A DNA stretch of 63,622 nucleotides, the filler included, from Craspedostauros australis (lineage: Eukaryota): assembly GCA_030167865.1 (NCBI GenBank). It is 10 parts of 10 records of this genome, joined end to end, with 100 filler letters (N's around TTAATTAATTAA, not from the genome) between each part and the next. Parts side by side here need not be neighbours in the genome. Positions count along the whole stretch, not along the records: positions 56,815 to 61,773 come from JALAGF010006262.1; positions 61,874 to 63,622 come from JALAGF010006263.1; 8 more parts are not named here. One strand, given 5' to 3'. The translations under genes were made by a program, and so were the position numbers. The notes beneath the pieces are model-generated. The model was not told where the DNA came from. It made no database searches and saw only the letters and a list, made by a program, of their open reading frames with translations. Shown one piece after another: positions 61,184-63,622 of the stretch. The stretch's first letter is position 1; each line of letters opens with the position of its first letter.

Positions 61184-61773
61184 ATGGACGCGCAAACGAT
61201 CATGAGGAGCTTCCTGAAGGCGCAGGACAACCCTCCTGACGTCTCCCTCGAGACAGTGAAGTACCTCCTTGAGGAACTCCAGTTCTCAAACGCATTCTGC
61301 TGCCTGTTCCCACTCCTCGATCGCTTCATGCTGATCGATGGTATGACGAAGGTGCAGCTCCTTGCCGACATCCACTTCTTTGGTGGAGAAGACATCCACA
61401 CCTCCCTTGGTAGACTCATCACACCAGTGGATCCTGACATGCTCATGCCTGACTTCGTTCGCATGAGACATATCCGCAGCTACATCGATGAGAAGGCCCT
61501 GATGGAGAACAACGCGATTGACGCAACCAGCGAAGATTTGCCTGACCTCCGCAAAATCAACATGTATACACGCAGGTTGACCTCGAACCCTCTCAACGAC
61601 GCTGCCACCCAGAAGGCCATCTCCACATGGAAGCAGAACCTGGAGAAATACCGTCGAGCGATGCAAAACGACAAAAACTACGAACTGCCCCAACCAGCAG
61701 CAGCTGTCCAACGCATCCTCGCTCCACCTGCATCCCCAAGAACCCCAACAACCACGAACGTCACGTCGCGTAC
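61184..61773 (+). CDS. Partial ORF, possibly the gag N-terminus of another LTR element
   Basis: Open ~195 aa to the contig end with a Pro-rich tail; located just after an LTR; no diagnostic motif. Confidence 0.35.
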
Positions 61774-61873
61774 NNNNNNNNNNNNNNNNNNNNNNNNNNN
61801 NNNNNNNNNNNNNNNNNTTAATTAATTAANNNNNNNNNNNNNNNNNNNNNNNNNNNNNNNNNNNNNNNNNNNN

Positions 61874-63622
61874 GAATGACGGGTGAGTAGTGCTCTTGGA
61901 AGTCCACTCCTGCGATTTGTGAATAGCCACATGCAACGAGCCGCGCTCGATGTGTGCTGTCGCGCTTCAGCTTGAAGACCCATTTGCACTTGCAGCATCT
62001 GCGGCCGTGTGGGATGGCATCTCGTTTGATCTTGCTATACACCTTGCGTGTGTCCATGGAGTCGAACTCTTTTTTGATGGCTGCTCGATATCCCTTTCGA
62101 TGGATGGGATCTGGGTGATTGAAGGCTCCATCGAATGTTGTAGGTTCGATGTGCTTCTCTGGTTCNNNNNNNNNNNNNNNNNNNNNNNNNNNNNNNNNNN
62201 NNNNNNNNGATTCGGTAATGATTGCATTCATTCCGTACAGTCCTGTTGTGCTATAGTGAGTGATCTCAATCTCTCCTTCATCTGCGATTTCTTCGTCATC
62301 TGTAGTTTCGTTGTTGAAGTCGTCGATCATTTCATCGCTGAGTTCGTCACTCGCCTCATCAGATGATGGATCGCTCTCATAGCCTTCTTCCTTTCGACCT
62401 GGTTCGTTGAAGTCCGAGAGCTCACGTAGAGCTCTGGGAATACTCTTCTCTGTTGTTGATTTGGGATTAGTTTCTCCCTTCCTGCCTCGTGCTTCGTGAC
62501 GTCGGATCCTCTCCTTTCTAGTTGTGTCACGTTNNNNNNNNNNNNNNNNNNNNNNNNNNNNNNNNNNNNNNNNNNNNNNNNNNCAGTCCGATGTCGATCG
62601 CTGGTGATTCGGTAATGATTGCATTCATTCCGTACAGTCCTGTTGTGCTATAGTGAGTGATCTCAATGTCTCCTTCATCTGCGATTTCTTCGTCATCTGT
62701 AGTTTCGTTGTTGAAGTCGTCGATCATTTCGTCGCTGAGTTCGTCACTCGCCTCATCAGATGATGGATCGCTCTCATAGCCTTCTTCCTTTCGACCTCGT
62801 TCGTTGAAGTCCGAGAGCTCACGTAGAGCTCTGGGAATACTCTTCCCTGTTGTTGATTTGGGATTAGTTTCTCCCTTCCTGCCTCGTGCTTCGTGACGTC
62901 GGATCCTCTCCTTTCTAGTTGTGTCACGTTTGCTTGGCTTGCTCGGTGGAGGTCTGGATGGTGTGCCATGTGTAGACTTCGCTGGTGTGTTCGGAGGAGT
63001 GACACTTGTGTCATCGTCGGCTTCGTCGCCGGATGGTAGGATCTCGTCATCCTCATGATTGGATTCGCTCCGATCTTCCTCGTCGTCTTGGACTAGTTGA
63101 GTTACTACGCCGTCGTCCTCATCATCCTCATCGTCGCTGTCCGATAGGATGTGGTACATGTTACTGTTAGCGAAAGATACTCTCTTTGCTTTCGATGTTT
63201 GACGCGTTGCCGTCTTTGGCATTGCTCCCTTCCGTCCAATGGTTGTGAAGCCGTCTGCGTCCGTTGTTTCTGCTCCGTTGGATATGTTCGGTGCTGATGC
63301 CCAGCCACGGAACTGTCCGTATGATTGGTTGAGCCACTTGATGTCGCGTGAGCAAATGAGTGACTTGGTTGATGGTCTGTACATGTTGTAGACCCCTGAT
63401 GCATGTTGGTGTGCATATCCGATGAATACCATCTCTTCTCCTCTATTCTTGAGTTTGGCGGTGATCCCGCCGTAGGTAGTCTTCACAACACCCACCTCTC
63501 CGAAAGTGCGGAGTGCATCCGCATATGGTGGATCGCTTCCGAAGAATTGTCGATGTGGTGACTCCTTTTGATTCTTCGCTACGGTGATGTTGGCGATGGC
63601 GGTGGCAGTGCTAGCAGCTGCT
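61874..63622 (-). mobile_element. Internal pol fragment (integrase, linker, RT start) of a related Copia family
   Basis: LRTFGEVGVVK, KLKNRGEEMVFIGYA, CKCKWVFKLKRD..RARLVACGYSQIAGVDF; clear paralog of the 56815 element. Confidence 0.93.

Overview
Eukaryotic DNA, most likely a diatom (GT-AG introns, diatom-type Copia elements, secreted SET proteins, RXL/KXXK secreted protein). The window is not one locus. It is ten contigs joined by artificial N-TTAATTAATTAA-N spacers at about 12344, 20845, 36863, 42181, 46251, 50797, 52690, 56759 and 61818, with many internal N gaps. Host genes: two convergent secretory-pathway SET-domain paralogs with acidic tracts, a DJ-1/PfpI-like protein lacking the catalytic Cys, importin alpha with a divergent duplicated 3' part, a fatty acyl-AMP ligase (FAAL)-ACP gene, a separate Pls/PosA-like NRPS terminal-domain fragment, a STAND/AAA ATPase, a secreted zinc-metallopeptidase-like protein lacking HExxH, and an LRR-like protein. 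Transposable elements make up much of the window: three Copia elements, a probable LINE ORF1, a piggyBac-like element with hairpin ends, a Harbinger-like MITE, a foldback element and an unclassified TA-flanked TIR element family. The best-resolved structure is the FAAL-ACP gene, split by two insertions whose target-site duplications are visible. One insertion (7.15 kb) itself carries a decayed Copia and a 100-bp structured retroposon tail. The most interesting biology candidates are a possible membrane FAAL-ACP-Pls-like acyl-transfer system, the lumenal SET pair, and the unclassified transposon family. Family assignments come from motif recognition by eye, without database searches.
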